A stretch of DNA of 64,000 bases from Antedon mediterranea (taxonomy: Eukaryota; Animalia; Echinodermata), in NCBI RefSeq assembly GCF_964355755.1, contig NC_092672.1:17807237-17871236 (forward strand), in the 5' to 3' direction. Below the pieces are notes generated by a model. That model did not search any database and had not been told where the DNA came from. It saw only the letters and a list, made by a program, of their open reading frames with translations. Shown piece after piece: positions 28,410-41,067 of this stretch (positions are counted from its first letter, which is position 1; every line of letters starts with the position of its first letter). Made by a program: the position numbers and the translations under genes.

Positions 28410-28559
28410 AGGTGGTATCTCTCTCATCTAACTGGTACCGATTTGTTAGCACCTTTCGGTGTTGGGTTGTACCCGGCAGACCTTTTATAGGTACGCCGTC
28501 ATATAGTTAGATATTGGTACCTAGTTCATCTAACCAAATGTCTCTGGGCTGTCGGTCTA
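28410..28559. mobile_element. solo terminal fragment of the 5401-10967 TIR family
   Basis: agatattggtacctag.tcatctaaccaaatgtctctgggctg.cggtcta matches 10917-10967. Confidence 0.8.
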
Positions 28560-28883
28560 ATACACTAACATAACACACGGCATACCAAACCGTGTCATAC
28601 AACTACGATGAGATATAAATTGTTTTCTAAACAAGTAACGAAGAGAATTATTAAATACAAAATCTACTGGCAAAATGATTTGGCAACTACATTCCATGTG
28701 TCTCTGAAAAAATATGTCAACTAGATAATAAATGTTATTAAACCCTTTTACTCTTTCTTCACTTTCAACTGTACAATGTTTCTATAATTTGCTTCTTGTA
28801 TTAATGTGTGCACTTTCATTGTATATGAAGTCTTTAGACTCTAGTTTACACTAAATACTATACAGTATGTTTTATCTCTTCAG

Positions 28884-28996
28884 ACAGCCAACAAAACAGC
28901 AGAACTAACAGACGAAGAATTGGCTGCATTACATTATTATAGATTGTTTGAAGAAAAGGCTGTACAAAAGAAACCAATAAATGAAGAGCTGGCCAG
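28884..28996 (+). CDS. UTP3: UTP3/SAS10 coding exon
   Basis: cttcag|ACA...AG|gtattt, 113 nt, phase 0-2; TANKTAELTDEELAALHYYRLFEEKAVQKKPINEELA. Confidence 0.85.
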
Positions 28997-29174
28997 GTAT
29001 TTTAAACATTTAATAAATGATATTGTATGTAATATTAATAAATTAAAATTAAAATTCTTATCCAAAGAGTGTAACCTGTAAATTTTCAGGAAGGGGAAAA
29101 AGAAGGATTTATTTTATCAACATGTTAAAAAAAAATAGGCTTTTATAAATACTAATTATTGTTTATAATTTCAG

Positions 29175-29247
29175 TGAATTGAAACCTGATGTAGTTGACG
29201 ACGAAGATGATGGTAATGAAGACGGAAAGAGAGCAATAACTTACCAA
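29175..29247 (+). CDS. UTP3: UTP3/SAS10 coding exon
   Basis: tttcag|T...CAA|gtaata, 73 nt, phase 2-0; ends in GKRAITYQ, start of the Sas10 C-terminal domain. Confidence 0.92.
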
Positions 29248-29406
29248 GTAATATTGTGTTTTTTAGTAGTATTCTATTCACTCTAACCTTAGAATTTGTA
29301 TCCACAATCATAGGCAGATCCAGGGTTGGGCAGCAGGCCCAGATCCCTAAGTTTCGGCAATTTCAAAGATAGGACATAGATTGAGTTGAGCACTTTATTT
29401 TATCCC

Positions 29407-32400
29407 ACAAGTTGAGCCGCCGCCAGAAAAACATTATTTTCTATGAAACGCCAAATGCTAACTTTCGCCGGTGCTTGTTTCTATTTAATAGAAGTCCTAT
29501 TTTTATTTAATATTAGGGATAACGATGTATATTCAAAAGTTTATATATCACGGTTTTTAGTATATCTTGTAGATTCCAAAATATAAGGCCTAAAACATCA
29601 CCGAAAATGATCGTTTTAAGCCAAAAATGACGTAAACATGTTGCCCCCCTCATCAGGTGGCAGTTGTATGAACTAGGCATGTAACGCAAAATTTGGTCCG
29701 GGGCCAAAACTGGCCAGGTCGGATCGATTTTGGCGTTGAAACAGCCGCTAAAACAGGTCCGGCTAGGCCAAAACTAGTCCGGCCTTCAAAATCGCTTATT
29801 TAACCTTAAAAATGCCATAAGAAGCCTGGAAAAAGTACAAATGGTTGAAGTAAACTATGCTTAGAGTAAATATACTAAATATTGCCGTAAAATTGAAAAG
29901 AAATTATCGAAACGGAGAGATTAAAAATGTGCAAGAATAAATCGGCATTCGGTTCGGAATCTTCCATTATTCCATTGTAAAATTCGTATGATCAGAGCCA
30001 TACATAAAGAGTTACGACATTGAAGATTAGAAGCCATTTTTGTGTCAAATAATTCGCACGCTGAGGGCATGCGCGTCTCTTTTGTATAGCGTTTTCCTGT
30101 AGTTCCATGCATTATTTTTAGATTTTGTTGTCAATGAAAAAACCCTTAGATTCCGTTTTTATTTTAGTAATTAATTTCATTAATGGTATTGATTTGTTAA
30201 AATATATATATATTTTTTATAATAACAAAAAAATATATGCTAGGGCTACGTGGAAGTTGGGATACATCAAAGATTGAACCAATACAAAAAACACACAAAT
30301 TCACCCCTTTTTATGCAGTATATGACTTTCTGTGTGTTTTTTACACAAAATACGCCGCCAACGTTATAAACATTCAGAGACTCGTTCATCATTTCATTTG
30401 TAATAATTTGCCTTTATTATTTAAATTTTGATGATACACTTTGCAGTATATTAACAAATATATCCCACCACTTTATTATTTTATTTAGTCATCAAAGCAT
30501 GCATTATGAATTGAAAATATTACATAATTGTTGTTAATGGGACGTAGTTATGGGATGTTTTGTTCCAAAATTAACCAATCGTACGTAATAATGTACTAGC
30601 GCACGCGCGCACAATATTCTTTGGCGCAAGTACTTCTGTATGCTGTGCATGTCGATATTTCACCGTAAAATGTGCAATTACATTTTTTAAATATAAGAAA
30701 AAGTTGAAAGTATTTTGTTGCTCCTATACTTTTGAGACAAGTTTGACACATTTTGATCTGCATATCACATGACTATAATCCAATGTCGTAACTCTTTATA
30801 TATATGGCTCTGCGTATGATAAAGTAATAGCGCCCTCTGATTTTTTTCTTTTTTCTTTTGGGGGAGGGGGAAGGGGGATAAAAAAAGTAGTAAAAAAGGA
30901 CTTTTCATATGCGTATGCATATATTTTGATTAAATAAGGTTTGATTATATATACTCACATATTTCCTCATTTTATCGTTTCAAATTAATACATTATCAGT
31001 ATATCACTGGGCGGTGTAGAATTTGTGTTTAATAACATATAACTTTAACTTGCACTGAAGGGATGAAAAAAGAGGGTTCTCATATAATATTATTTGTTGA
31101 ATATTCCATTTTAATCCATTTTGAATTTTGCATCTTGATGTTTGATTTTGATAACGTCATCATACCAATGATGTGTGTTTCATAATTTCACCTATGCTAC
31201 ACTGTACATAGTAAATACTGTATATATTGTATATGACACATACTAGGCACAACTCAGCACTATAATAAGCGTATGCATCAGCTCATAGGATGGCAGTATT
31301 TTTGAAACACGCAAATGGCCTAAATCATGTTCTAAAATTGATCAAAACGTAATTTTAAGCATTTTAAAATGTTTGTGCGCAATTTCGCATGCAAGGCCCT
31401 GGTTAAGCTTACCATTTTTAATATGTTTACCTTAGTTGATGTATAGTGAATTTTATTGTCTTAAATTACAGTATTTACTGTATAAAAATATAAACATAGT
31501 ACAGGTTTATTACATTCTAACAATCAAATACAGTAGGCCTTATATTTAGGACTCATACATTCTGAATTAAATATATGAATTGTGTTTTGCAAGATTGAAA
31601 TAAACCTATAGGCTAGTCAAATAATTCATTGTATATTGTACGTTCATACAACACACTTTTTGTAGGCGTGTTGAATATGCGTGTAATAGCCTGTTGTATA
31701 AACGCGTCCGTATCCATCCCATCCACGTTAGATGTGCAACAGCTTTTTTCAGCTGCGGTCCTGGGTTGCAGTGTAAAGATTTTTTTTAAAATTACAAATA
31801 CTACCAGTAGGCCTAAATAATGATATTAGAGCGTAATAATTGAATTCTCAAAAGTTCATATTTTGGATAATTTTGAGAAAATGGCAAATTTAACCCTCTT
31901 ATTTTTCGCTAAAACTTGATTACGACACTATAAGATGATGACGCAACCCACGCGTACACCAACCAGTGATATTATTAGAGCGTAATAAGTATTGAATTCT
32001 TAAAAGTTCATAACCTGGAGTGATAAAAAAAAACCTCTGTACTATAATTGTTTTACCATTTTTTTTTTTCGCTAAGACTATTACGAAACTTGTATTCATT
32101 CGTCGTATAGCCAAATTCGTGAATGTGGGAACCGGTCGTTTGACTGATGTCATTTGTCGATTTTTGATCTTTATTAATGTTAGTATTGCTACCCATATCG
32201 ATTGTTATTATCGATGTTGTTTTATACTATTAATAATAAGAGGCCCTTGGTGGCCACTTGCACCCCAAAATGTGGACTGGAAAAAAAATAAGGCAGGTGT
32301 AATTTCTTACAAAGGAAAAAAAAATGATACTGATAGCAGTAATGACAACAACCTAAAATAATAATACTAATAATAATTAACATTCCATATTTTATTATTA

Positions 32401-33212
32401 ATCATTATTAAATACGCCCAAGACATATTCAGTTTGTACATAATAACTAAGATCTTAGATATAATATAAAATTACTAGAGGGCGCTATTAGTTTTAAACG
32501 AACTGAACAACAGAATATCCCAAAAGCCGATTAGAGTTTCTTTAATTAGTGTTTCGATAATTTCTTTTCGTTTGTACGGTAATATTTAGTATATTTACTT
32601 TAAGCATAGTTTACTTTAACCATTTGAACTGTTTGCAGGCTTCTAGAAGAATAAATAAGAGATTTTAAAGGCCGGACCAGTTTTGGCCTAGCCGGACTTG
32701 TTTTAGCGGCTGTTTCAACGCCAAAATCTATCCGACCGGATCAGTTTTTGCGCTTGATTACGATCAAAATGATGTAAATAATTACATAAAATCACCTTTT
32801 TTTTAGTACAAAATATTTTGTGTATTAACATTGTAAAATTCAATAATATTAAAAGATAGTAAATAAAAAATAATTATTTAACCTCATTCGAAGAATGTTA
32901 ATACTCTATTAGTCCTGAGTAAGAGACAACGTGATTTTACGTGGTAAGCCTACACGCGAGAAAAATATTAATATGAGTGCACTGAATTTTTACATTAAAA
33001 GATTAAAAACAAATTATTAAATATGACTACTTTCCTTTGCTGTGTTGTTATGGCAGTTCAAACCAACATAATTGTAGTATGTATTTATTTTCATGACACA
33101 ATAAACCTAAAGACCATGAACTTATGTACTAGGACACCACTCTAATCACTACATGAAATGTCGTAAAAGACACACTGGGCATTTCATAGAAATTATCAGC
33201 GGCTCAACTTGT
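29407..33212. repeat. nested inverted repeats (outer 29407-29450 / 33175-33212; inner 29706-29913 / 32551-32748), probable TIR element
   Basis: acaagttgagccgc / gcggctcaacttgt; ttttggcgttgaaacagccgctaaaaca and its reverse complement. Confidence 0.7.
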
Positions 33213-33596
33213 CTGCGGACCAACCGGTCATATGCCGCATGCTGTACAGTAAAGTAGGCAAACACGGCAGCCTTTTTAACTACAATCTACGTATTTGGGG
33301 GTCAATTTAGGGTCAACCTAGATTTTACGAATCCCGTACATAAAAAGTAGGTTCTACTGTATAGCTAAAAAATATGTTTTGTTGAGATCTTCATACAATC
33401 TATACATCTCTTATTGATTATCATAATTCTTCCATCTTTAGGTGAAACGTTATTTTTTTTAAATAAGGTTCTTTACTTTTACTATGTTTCTCCTAATAAG
33501 ATTAATTTTAAGGACTTGCGTGTTGCATATCATAGGTACGTATCCAACCAAAATTATATTACGGTCATTCTTCACAAAATATACTTGTATTTACAG

Positions 33597-33704
33597 ATGT
33601 CAAAAAATAAAGGTCTGACAGTAAAGAAAAAGAAAGAACAGAGGAACCCAAGAGTTAAACATAGAATGAAATTCAGAAGAGCAAAAATAAGAAGAAAAGG
33701 TCAG
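33597..33704 (+). CDS. UTP3: UTP3/SAS10 coding exon (Sas10 C-terminal domain)
   Basis: ttacag|ATG...CAG|gtaagg, 108 nt; MSKNKGLTVKKKKEQRNPRVKHRMKFRRAKIRRKGQ. Confidence 0.95.
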
Positions 33705-33871
33705 GTAAGGTCAAACAAGCGTATAATTTGATATTTTATGGTTAAGAATTATTGTGTACATCAAAGAATGTACTAGTAATGTTGTCAAAGTATTTAGTAT
33801 TAGATTGGTATAGATAAATCCCTAATAAAAATTTGTTATAACATTTGCTTGTTTAATGATGATTTTTGTAG

Positions 33872-33961
33872 GTTAGAGAACCAACAACAGAAAAGAAGAG
33901 GTACAGTGGAGAAGCCTCTGGAATTCGATCTGCTGTCATTAAGAGTGTTAAGATACGATAA
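33872..33961 (+). CDS. UTP3: UTP3/SAS10 last coding exon
   Basis: ttgtag|GTT...TAA; VREPTTEKKRYSGEASGIRSAVIKSVKIR*, canonical Sas10 C-terminus (YSGE.SGIR). Confidence 0.95.
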   Translation, partial: VREPTTEKKRYSGEASGIRSAVIKSVKIR

Positions 33962-34273
33962 TTTGTACTACAACATTGCATTCTTTAGTACTGTATTTTA
34001 AGTTGTAACAAGACAAATGCAGTACTGTACTGTTAAAATTACAACCAAACATATATAATATACTGTATCAGTTTGGTATTACAGGTTTTTTTGTGTGTGT
34101 GTTGCACTAAACAAACTGCACATTACATTAAAACAAATTATTGTATTATATATAGATAAATTGATTTATTTTTTCTTGAGGGATTATAATTTCGAGATAT
34201 AGTCTTGAAAAATATAATTCGAGGGTGGATCTCAAATATAATATCCCACTGAAAGTAAATATCTAAATCGATC

Positions 34274-34279
34274 AATAAA
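34274..34279 (+). terminator. candidate UTP3 polyadenylation signal AATAAA (alternative ATTAAA at 34127-34132)
   Basis: hexamer about 310 nt downstream of the stop codon; AT-rich context makes chance matches likely. Confidence 0.35.
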
Positions 34280-35059
34280 GTAATTTCTGGTCACTGTCGT
34301 ACAAATATTTTTGTTAAATTAAATACGTCTAAACATACTTGAAATACAAAACAAAAAGACTGGGGTCAAAGTTCAATACAGCCATTTCTGGTCACATTTT
34401 GTTTTATTAAAACAAAGAATACTGTACATGTTAGTTATTAGATAGAACAGTTAGTTATTAGTTACGATATTCCATTCATAGTTTTTGAAAAGTCATGTGG
34501 TACATACTGGCCATATTCTATGTGGAGTAAAGAGTTGAATCCTTTGTTATAAAAAATATATACTGTGCACAAGGCCTTTTACTATCTAATTTAACTTTTA
34601 AAAAATCCATTTGTTTAAATGCTTTTGTTCGAATAAAAAGGAAATGTGCGTTTCATTTTTTATGTATATACATGTATGCTTGCTGACTGCCAGCGATCTA
34701 AACAATAGGTACGAATCATTCGTGCCCCAGCTCGCTGTATGGGTACGATACACCAAAGTGCGTTTATTTTTTTAAAAGTGAAAATAGGCAATTCATTTCG
34801 CAACTCTTAGAAATTTACAGACAGCAGGGGGGGGGGGGGATGCGGAGGATAAATATTGGTCAGATGTTTTTGACGTAACCGACGTAATTTGTACTTTTAC
34901 TAAGAATACATAATTACTACTTGCGTAATGGGGGACTCGAACAACCTCCAGATCACTAGCCTGGCGTTCACTAGGATAATTAAGTTATGCACTCAGTTAT
35001 TTTCAAATATTGTTTTCAATTGACACTTGAACCTCTATAAACATGATGTTATGTGTGAC

Positions 35060-35355
35060 GATAATCAGGTGTCGCATTCAAATGAATCAAGTCGCCAGTG
35101 GTCAAGTGGACGAATCAGAAGGGAGCGTTGTGATGCACGGTATTTTGGAAAGCTGTGTTGGGTGTGTGAGGCAAGGGAAGGACTGAGAGACGGTACAAGT
35201 TGGAGATGGTAGGCTTTCTGGATAAGAGATAAGACAGTGGATATGGGACTTGCAGTGAACTGTGTTCGAGACTGGAAGCGAGGCAGGACGCAAGGACAAT
35301 AAGAATGGAAAAGTTTTGATTGAATGTACGGATGCCTAAAAAAACCAACCACTCA
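35060..35355 (-). mobile_element. decayed CR1/L2-type LINE RT C-terminal relic
   Basis: weak similarity: VGFFRH/RTF...PR and ...IRPLDHWRL, resembling the LG.LRR.F...RP.LEY and W..L tail motifs. Confidence 0.35.
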
Positions 35356-35858
35356 GTATCATATATGTTTGTATCATATATGTTTGTATCATATATGTTT
35401 GTATCATATATGTTTGTATCATATATGTTTGTATCATATATGTTTGTATCATATATGTTTGTATCATATATGTTTGTATCATCTATGTTTGTATCATATA
35501 TGTTTGTATCATCTATGTTTGTATCATCTATGTTTGTATCATCTATGTTTGTATCATCTATGTTTGTATCATCTATGTTTGTATCATCTATGTTTGTATC
35601 ATCTATGTTTGTATCATCTATGTTTGTATCATCTATGTTTGTATCATCTATGTTTGTATCATCTATGTTTGTATCATCTATGTTTGTATCATCTATGTTT
35701 GTATCATATATGTTTGTATCATCTATGTTTGTATCATCTATGTTTGTATCATATATGTTTGTATCATATATGTTTGTATCATCTATGTTTGTATCATCTA
35801 TGTTTGTATCATCTATGTTTGTATCATCTATGTTTGTATCATATATGTTTGTATCATC
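35356..35858. repeat. 15-bp minisatellite, 33.5 copies, two variants
   Basis: GTATCAT(A/C)TATGTTT; order A8,C,A,C13,A,C2,A2,C4,A. Confidence 0.98.
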
Positions 35859-36337
35859 ATAATGTTGTAATGCACCGTGCAAGGAAATTAAATGTATAGT
35901 ACTCAAACCTCGTTGTTGTTATTTAGGTATTTCGGCCAAAAGTGGTCGTAACAATGTTAATTGAAGATTTCTGATTTGGCTAAAAGTAATAAATGCCAGA
36001 GTGAGATTTGATGGTAATTATAACACATATTAGGAGGTTATCTTGCAGATTTCTTTTGACTGGTTTTCATGTATATAATAAAAGAATGCAATTAATTTGA
36101 ATGTAAAGAAAAAAATCTGTATTTAAATAGTGCTCTTTTCCAGAAGGAAAACAGTTGGGTTGGTGGTCTTGTTGACATTACTCAAGATTAGGGAATCGAA
36201 CTGGATATCCAATCAAACTCGCTCTTCAACACAAAACACACAAATCCTTCACTACAAAATCAACACTTTTTTAAACATTGTCTCGTACATAATTTCAAAA
36301 GAATGTTGCATTAAATTGTATTACTATTTTTATGTAC

Positions 36338-36600
36338 TTTATTCGAAAACAATAAATAATTTTAAAATAATATATTAATGTAATCATGCCTATTGCATAT
36401 CATTCAAGCAATTATGATGCAGTTTGTTTCTAGGGATTAATTAACTTATGGGTAGTACAAATATGTGATTGATAAGTAAACTATATACGAAATATATATT
36501 TTTTCTTATTATATTGAAAACATGCACACAAACTATAAAAGCCAGGGGAATTTTAAACAAGGTATTCATTTACCAGTTTTCATCAAAAATCCTTTTTATT
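36338..36600 (-). terminator. candidate DDI polyadenylation signals (AATAAA on - at 36600-36595 and 36343-36338)
   Basis: hexamers about 370 and 625 nt downstream of the DDI stop codon. Confidence 0.3.
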
Positions 36601-36967
36601 TTTCAATATGTAAAATATTGACATAAATTGATATACACACATTGTGCTCATTCAAACAAGTACAATAATATATTAATTTGAGCATAATTTGTCATTAAAA
36701 CATAAGCTCATAATGTTGATGATTATTGACGCATTTCAATTCAGTAAACTATCCGGTTGATGCATGCAAGTCTCACAAAACTATTTTATACTATTTTGAA
36801 TATAACATGCATGAATAAAAATGAGATTCACTTTGGTCCACAAAAATATACTAATAAATTGTACAATATGAATTATGTTCATATAAAATTATATAATTAT
36901 AGAAGCAGGATAGAAAATATGTTTGTGCACTTCCCAAATAGCTCCTCTGTAAAAAAATGCATTTTGA

Positions 36968-37134
36968 TTATTGTCCAGGTGCCTTAAGTGATTTGGCCAA
37001 CAATGCTGTGATTGCTAACGATACATCACCACCATTGTTTTGTAATTCTACAATAGCATCCTCTCTGGAAAACCCAGCATCTGTTATTTTCTTAATGTCA
37101 CTATCAGAAAATGTTGCTCTTGATGCGTCTGAAC
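36968..37134 (-). CDS. DDI2: DDI1/DDI2 last coding exon, UBA domain copy 2
   Basis: ttacag|GT...TAA, 167 nt, phase 1; FSDSDIKKITDAGFSREDAIVELQNNGGDVSLAITALLAKSLKAPGQ*. Confidence 0.88.
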
Positions 37135-38449
37135 CTGTAATTATATGAAAGAAAAATATATTTTGAAGAATGAATATTCAAATTTGGTAAAGCAAGAAAA
37201 AATATATTGAGGTCCAGAAAATTTGACTTCAGCAATTGGTTTAGGATGGTCAAACAATCATTTTTGGCATGGTGACACATTTTGAAAATGCGTCGAAAGG
37301 TCAAAGGTCAGGTTGAAAGACCAAACACCAATAGGTCCTTAAATCTTGATAACCACTGGTCACAGCAAGGTAATTTTGGTCTGAAATTGATCAGAAGGTA
37401 TAGATTTATATTCAGTCTAATGGGATGCCATTTCTGAACTTTGACCCACAACCCAGGGCATTAATTTTGTCTTAAATCTAAGACGAACAACACCCTGCCT
37501 TAAGATGAAAAATTTCGTCTTATCTCATTTCTGCAACAGAAACATTCTTTTTTGACAACGCGAGCGCGCTAGGCCGGAACATTGAACATTCGGAAAGGCT
37601 ACGCTAGTGCGTTTTACGCTGTACTACGGACGCTAAAATAATGATATCGATCTTCACAAAGATGGCCTAGAAATTGGACGAGCAAAACAAATATTTTCGG
37701 GATAGGTACGACCCAATTGACTAGCTTTTAGAAAACTGTATCGCTTGCCAAGGGTCGCTGTCATTGATAAAAATAAATAAATGTTGATTTGATTTAAGTT
37801 TAGAGTGAATGATTTTCGTATGTATTTCCGACTGTTGTGCTCTTTCTCTATTTCAAGTAATAAAAACAATAGTAGCCAGAATGCGCCCTCTCTTGTTGGG
37901 AGTGAAAATACGGAGATAAAATGTTATAGCGCCGCCATCGCTAAGAGAAAAAAGCTAATACGCATGCGTAAGCAAGAATTTTTCGTCTTAAGACATAATT
38001 TGCTGCCCTCTAGAGTTTAATTTTGCGCATGTGCAAAGTAAAATGACCTAAGACAATTTTTCTGCTAAGACGGTTTGATAAATAAGATTAAGTTATTTGC
38101 TTAAGCACTTCTTAAATATTTCAGCTTAAGCAAAAATATAAGCAAATATTGATAAATGCCAACCCAGGCCTACAAGATTTATTCATACGGCCAATGCCTT
38201 TTTTTATAGGAACTTGGGATATACGAAACTACTCACTACTTTATCTTGTAAGTTGCCCCTGAGTAGCAAAAAAAAATCCCTAGCCCTAAAAGATGTAATC
38301 ATGTCACACAAGTTGACTGTTTCTTTTCCACTGAAAGTATTACTCATTGGAACATATGCTAGTAAATTTAAGTTAAGTTTTATTTTAAAGTTATATTATA
38401 TAAGCATTATATTATGTATTACCATATTTAATATAGACATGCATAATCT

Positions 38450-41060
38450 GCAAGAAAAACGATGAAGAGTTACCGCGATTTAAGAAATACAAATCACAGC
38501 TAACCGTAGGCTTTCAGTGATACCTTTTTGAATGCTACACAAGACATCATTTCAGCAAAGACTCATGATTTCATGTATTACCATACGGTCAAAAGATCGG
38601 TACACAAGGTCATCAATGAACCACAAACTACACCACGAACACATATGCATTCTATATCTGACTTGCCTCACTTAAATTTTATGGATGTTTTAGAACAGAG
38701 CTGCATATTTTACATGCACATAAAATGAAACAAATAAAATATTCAGGCAATAGTTTTGAAAAACTCCATAAAGTAGAAACGATGGAAAGTACAAAACAGT
38801 CAGCGTTTACTATCTTTAGGTTCAGAAGATTTAGTAGCATTGAAGCACACTACCATAATACATGCAAGATTAAATTTCTTTATGATGCCAATGAAGCTGT
38901 AGAATCTAGTTTTGAGGTTGGCATATCTAACAGAAAAACACACAAAGAAGCATATCAAGCATTGGTGAGGTACGTTGAAAATGAAATAATTTTTAAATGT
39001 ATACCAAAATATGCCTGTTAAATCATGGATTATTATATATTAAATATTATATGGCGGTCGGAGGTTCCGACGATGATATGCTTGTCGGACATTTGTTACT
39101 AAATTAAAGACCACATCAATGTAGCAAAAATAATGGGTATACCTAGACAAAATTAGAAAAGAATTTATTTTTGTGGTACCCATCAGAACAACAATTTCAC
39201 AAATCACACCTCGGTCACACCTTAGGAACATATGCAAATTAAGGGTAAAATCTGGGTACCCATCCAACCGTTAGTTGTAGAGAGTTAATTTTTTTTTTTT
39301 TTTTCTAAATTCTTCTTATGGAAGTTTTTGTCAAAAATGACTGGAAGTTCTGTATTTGACCTTTGACCTTATTTTCAAAGGATTTATGTAATTTTTACAA
39401 GATTTACGTATCTCCATAACTACTCGGGTAGAAACTTCATTTTAGTCTATACAGTACTTTCACATATGATGAGGGAATGGAATTCTACTAATCACACGGC
39501 AGCTATTTCGTAAAGGTCTGTCATTTTGCTGCTTCGAACATAAAGAAGTTGTTTAAATGCAACAAAAGCTGCAGAAGGTGTTCGTAATGATGTTGGATAC
39601 TTGTTATCAACGACAATTACAGATTAGCATTATGTACATTCACTTCAAGTATTTTGTAGGTGTTTTAGCGATTTTTTTGTTGACAAAATTACAACAATTA
39701 AAAATAATATTGTCACAAATAATTTTGATTCTGATTTTTCATCATGGACATCTCCATTTCTGTGTTTTTATCATCTGAGATACACCAGCTTATCAAGTAA
39801 GTCATGCAGTCTTGATCCAGCCCCCACCTGGCTTGTTAAGGAGAATGCTGAAGCTCTTCTTCCATCTCTCACCAGCATTGTCAGATTTTCGATCTCTGGA
39901 AACTGGAGTTCTTCAAGGGTCTTGCATTGGCTCTTATACTCTTTTTTTACCATACCTATTGGTGACATAATTTGCAAGCACTGTTTCTTGTATCATCGCA
40001 GATGATACTCAGTTATACTTAAGTTTTAATCTAAGGACTCATGTGAACCTGGTAGATCTCTTGGCATCCTTGAAAGTTGTTTGATTCGTATTCGTAGATA
40101 TATTGATATACCCACTTGTGAAAATGCTGTACGTTTTGTTTGTCTTGGCACGACTTGACTATTATAATTCTTTATTTCTTGGCACATCTAGCAAAGAAAT
40201 CAAACATTTTTAAGTTTTGCAAAATAGGGCAGCCAAGCTAGTTTTTAACTTGAGAAAGTTTGATCATATGTCTAATTTATTTAAAGAACTTCACTGGCTT
40301 AAAATTGAACAGCATATAATCTACAAAATATCCACTCCTGTTTACTAATCAGTTTCTGGGTCTGTGCCAATTTATCTGCAGGATTTAATCTCAACTCATG
40401 TCCCAACACGAAAGGGTCTTTGCTCTGAAACTGACCCTCTTGTTTTATCTAATTCAAAAACACACCTTAAATCTTACCCCAAGGGTTTTTTTGCACAAGC
40501 GTCACTAGTTTGGAACCAGCTTCCACTCCATATCCGTCAATGTAAATCTCTTAGGCAATTGAAGTCACTTCTAAAATCTCACCTTTTCAATAATTCTTAT
40601 TGGTCTTTTAGCTCTGTGAGACATCAGTAAAAAGCGCTTTTTAAAAATTTATTATTATTACTAAGTTTTCCGATCACTGAAATACCATTGCACATTCCGA
40701 AAAAAAAACAGAGAAGGCAATCCTTGTGAAGATTTTAGAAACAAGACAATCTGTTTCTCATAAGAAAAATACTCGAAATATACTTGTCCGAATGAAGTTT
40801 TACCTCGTCATAATGTGTCTACATATAGGAAAATCTTTGCAGATATCATGATTAAGATATGTTCAGGCAGTGGAAATTCTGTTCACCTGTTGTTGGACAA
40901 ATATATAGAACCATCTATCAAAGATGTCGAAAAGGTGTGCAGAGCAGCACATAGACTTGCCCCAAGTCTGTAGTTATTTTGAGGCTTCTCGATGTTTGTC
41001 TGAAATACAGACGCGTATAGAAATTGATTTGCAAACCGCAAACATCAGATAAGAATGACG
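38450..41060 (+). mobile_element. Academ-type transposase relic (segments about 38450-39200 and about 40662-41060), interrupted by an L2 LINE
   Basis: IEAHYHNTCK...KEAYQALVRYVENEII; SFPITEIPL...TEKAILVKILE; TYRKIFADIMIKICS...VHLLLDKYIEPSIKDVEK, resembling recalled Academ motifs. Confidence 0.55.
39772..40661 (+). mobile_element. L2-clade LINE relic with 3' tail
   Basis: KSCSLDPAPTWLVK, DDTQL, ELHWLKIEQHIIYKI, WNQLPLHIR..LKSLLKSHLF, tail aagcgcttt...(tta)n. Confidence 0.8.
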
Positions 41061-41067
41061 TAGGTAT

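Noticed and set aside
35115-35906. 263-aa ORF of (D/Y)DTNI repeats, plus overlapping VS(Y/S)MF and H(I/L)CLY ORFs
   Set aside because: A stop-free 15-bp unit opens several frames automatically; no splice, start-context or homology support for a protein
37450-38167. Apparent GGC...GCC element with 7-bp TSD AACCCAG
   Set aside because: The left end matches a host repeat (compare 45622-45633) that does not resume on the right, and the TIR match is only about 6 bp; boundaries unresolved
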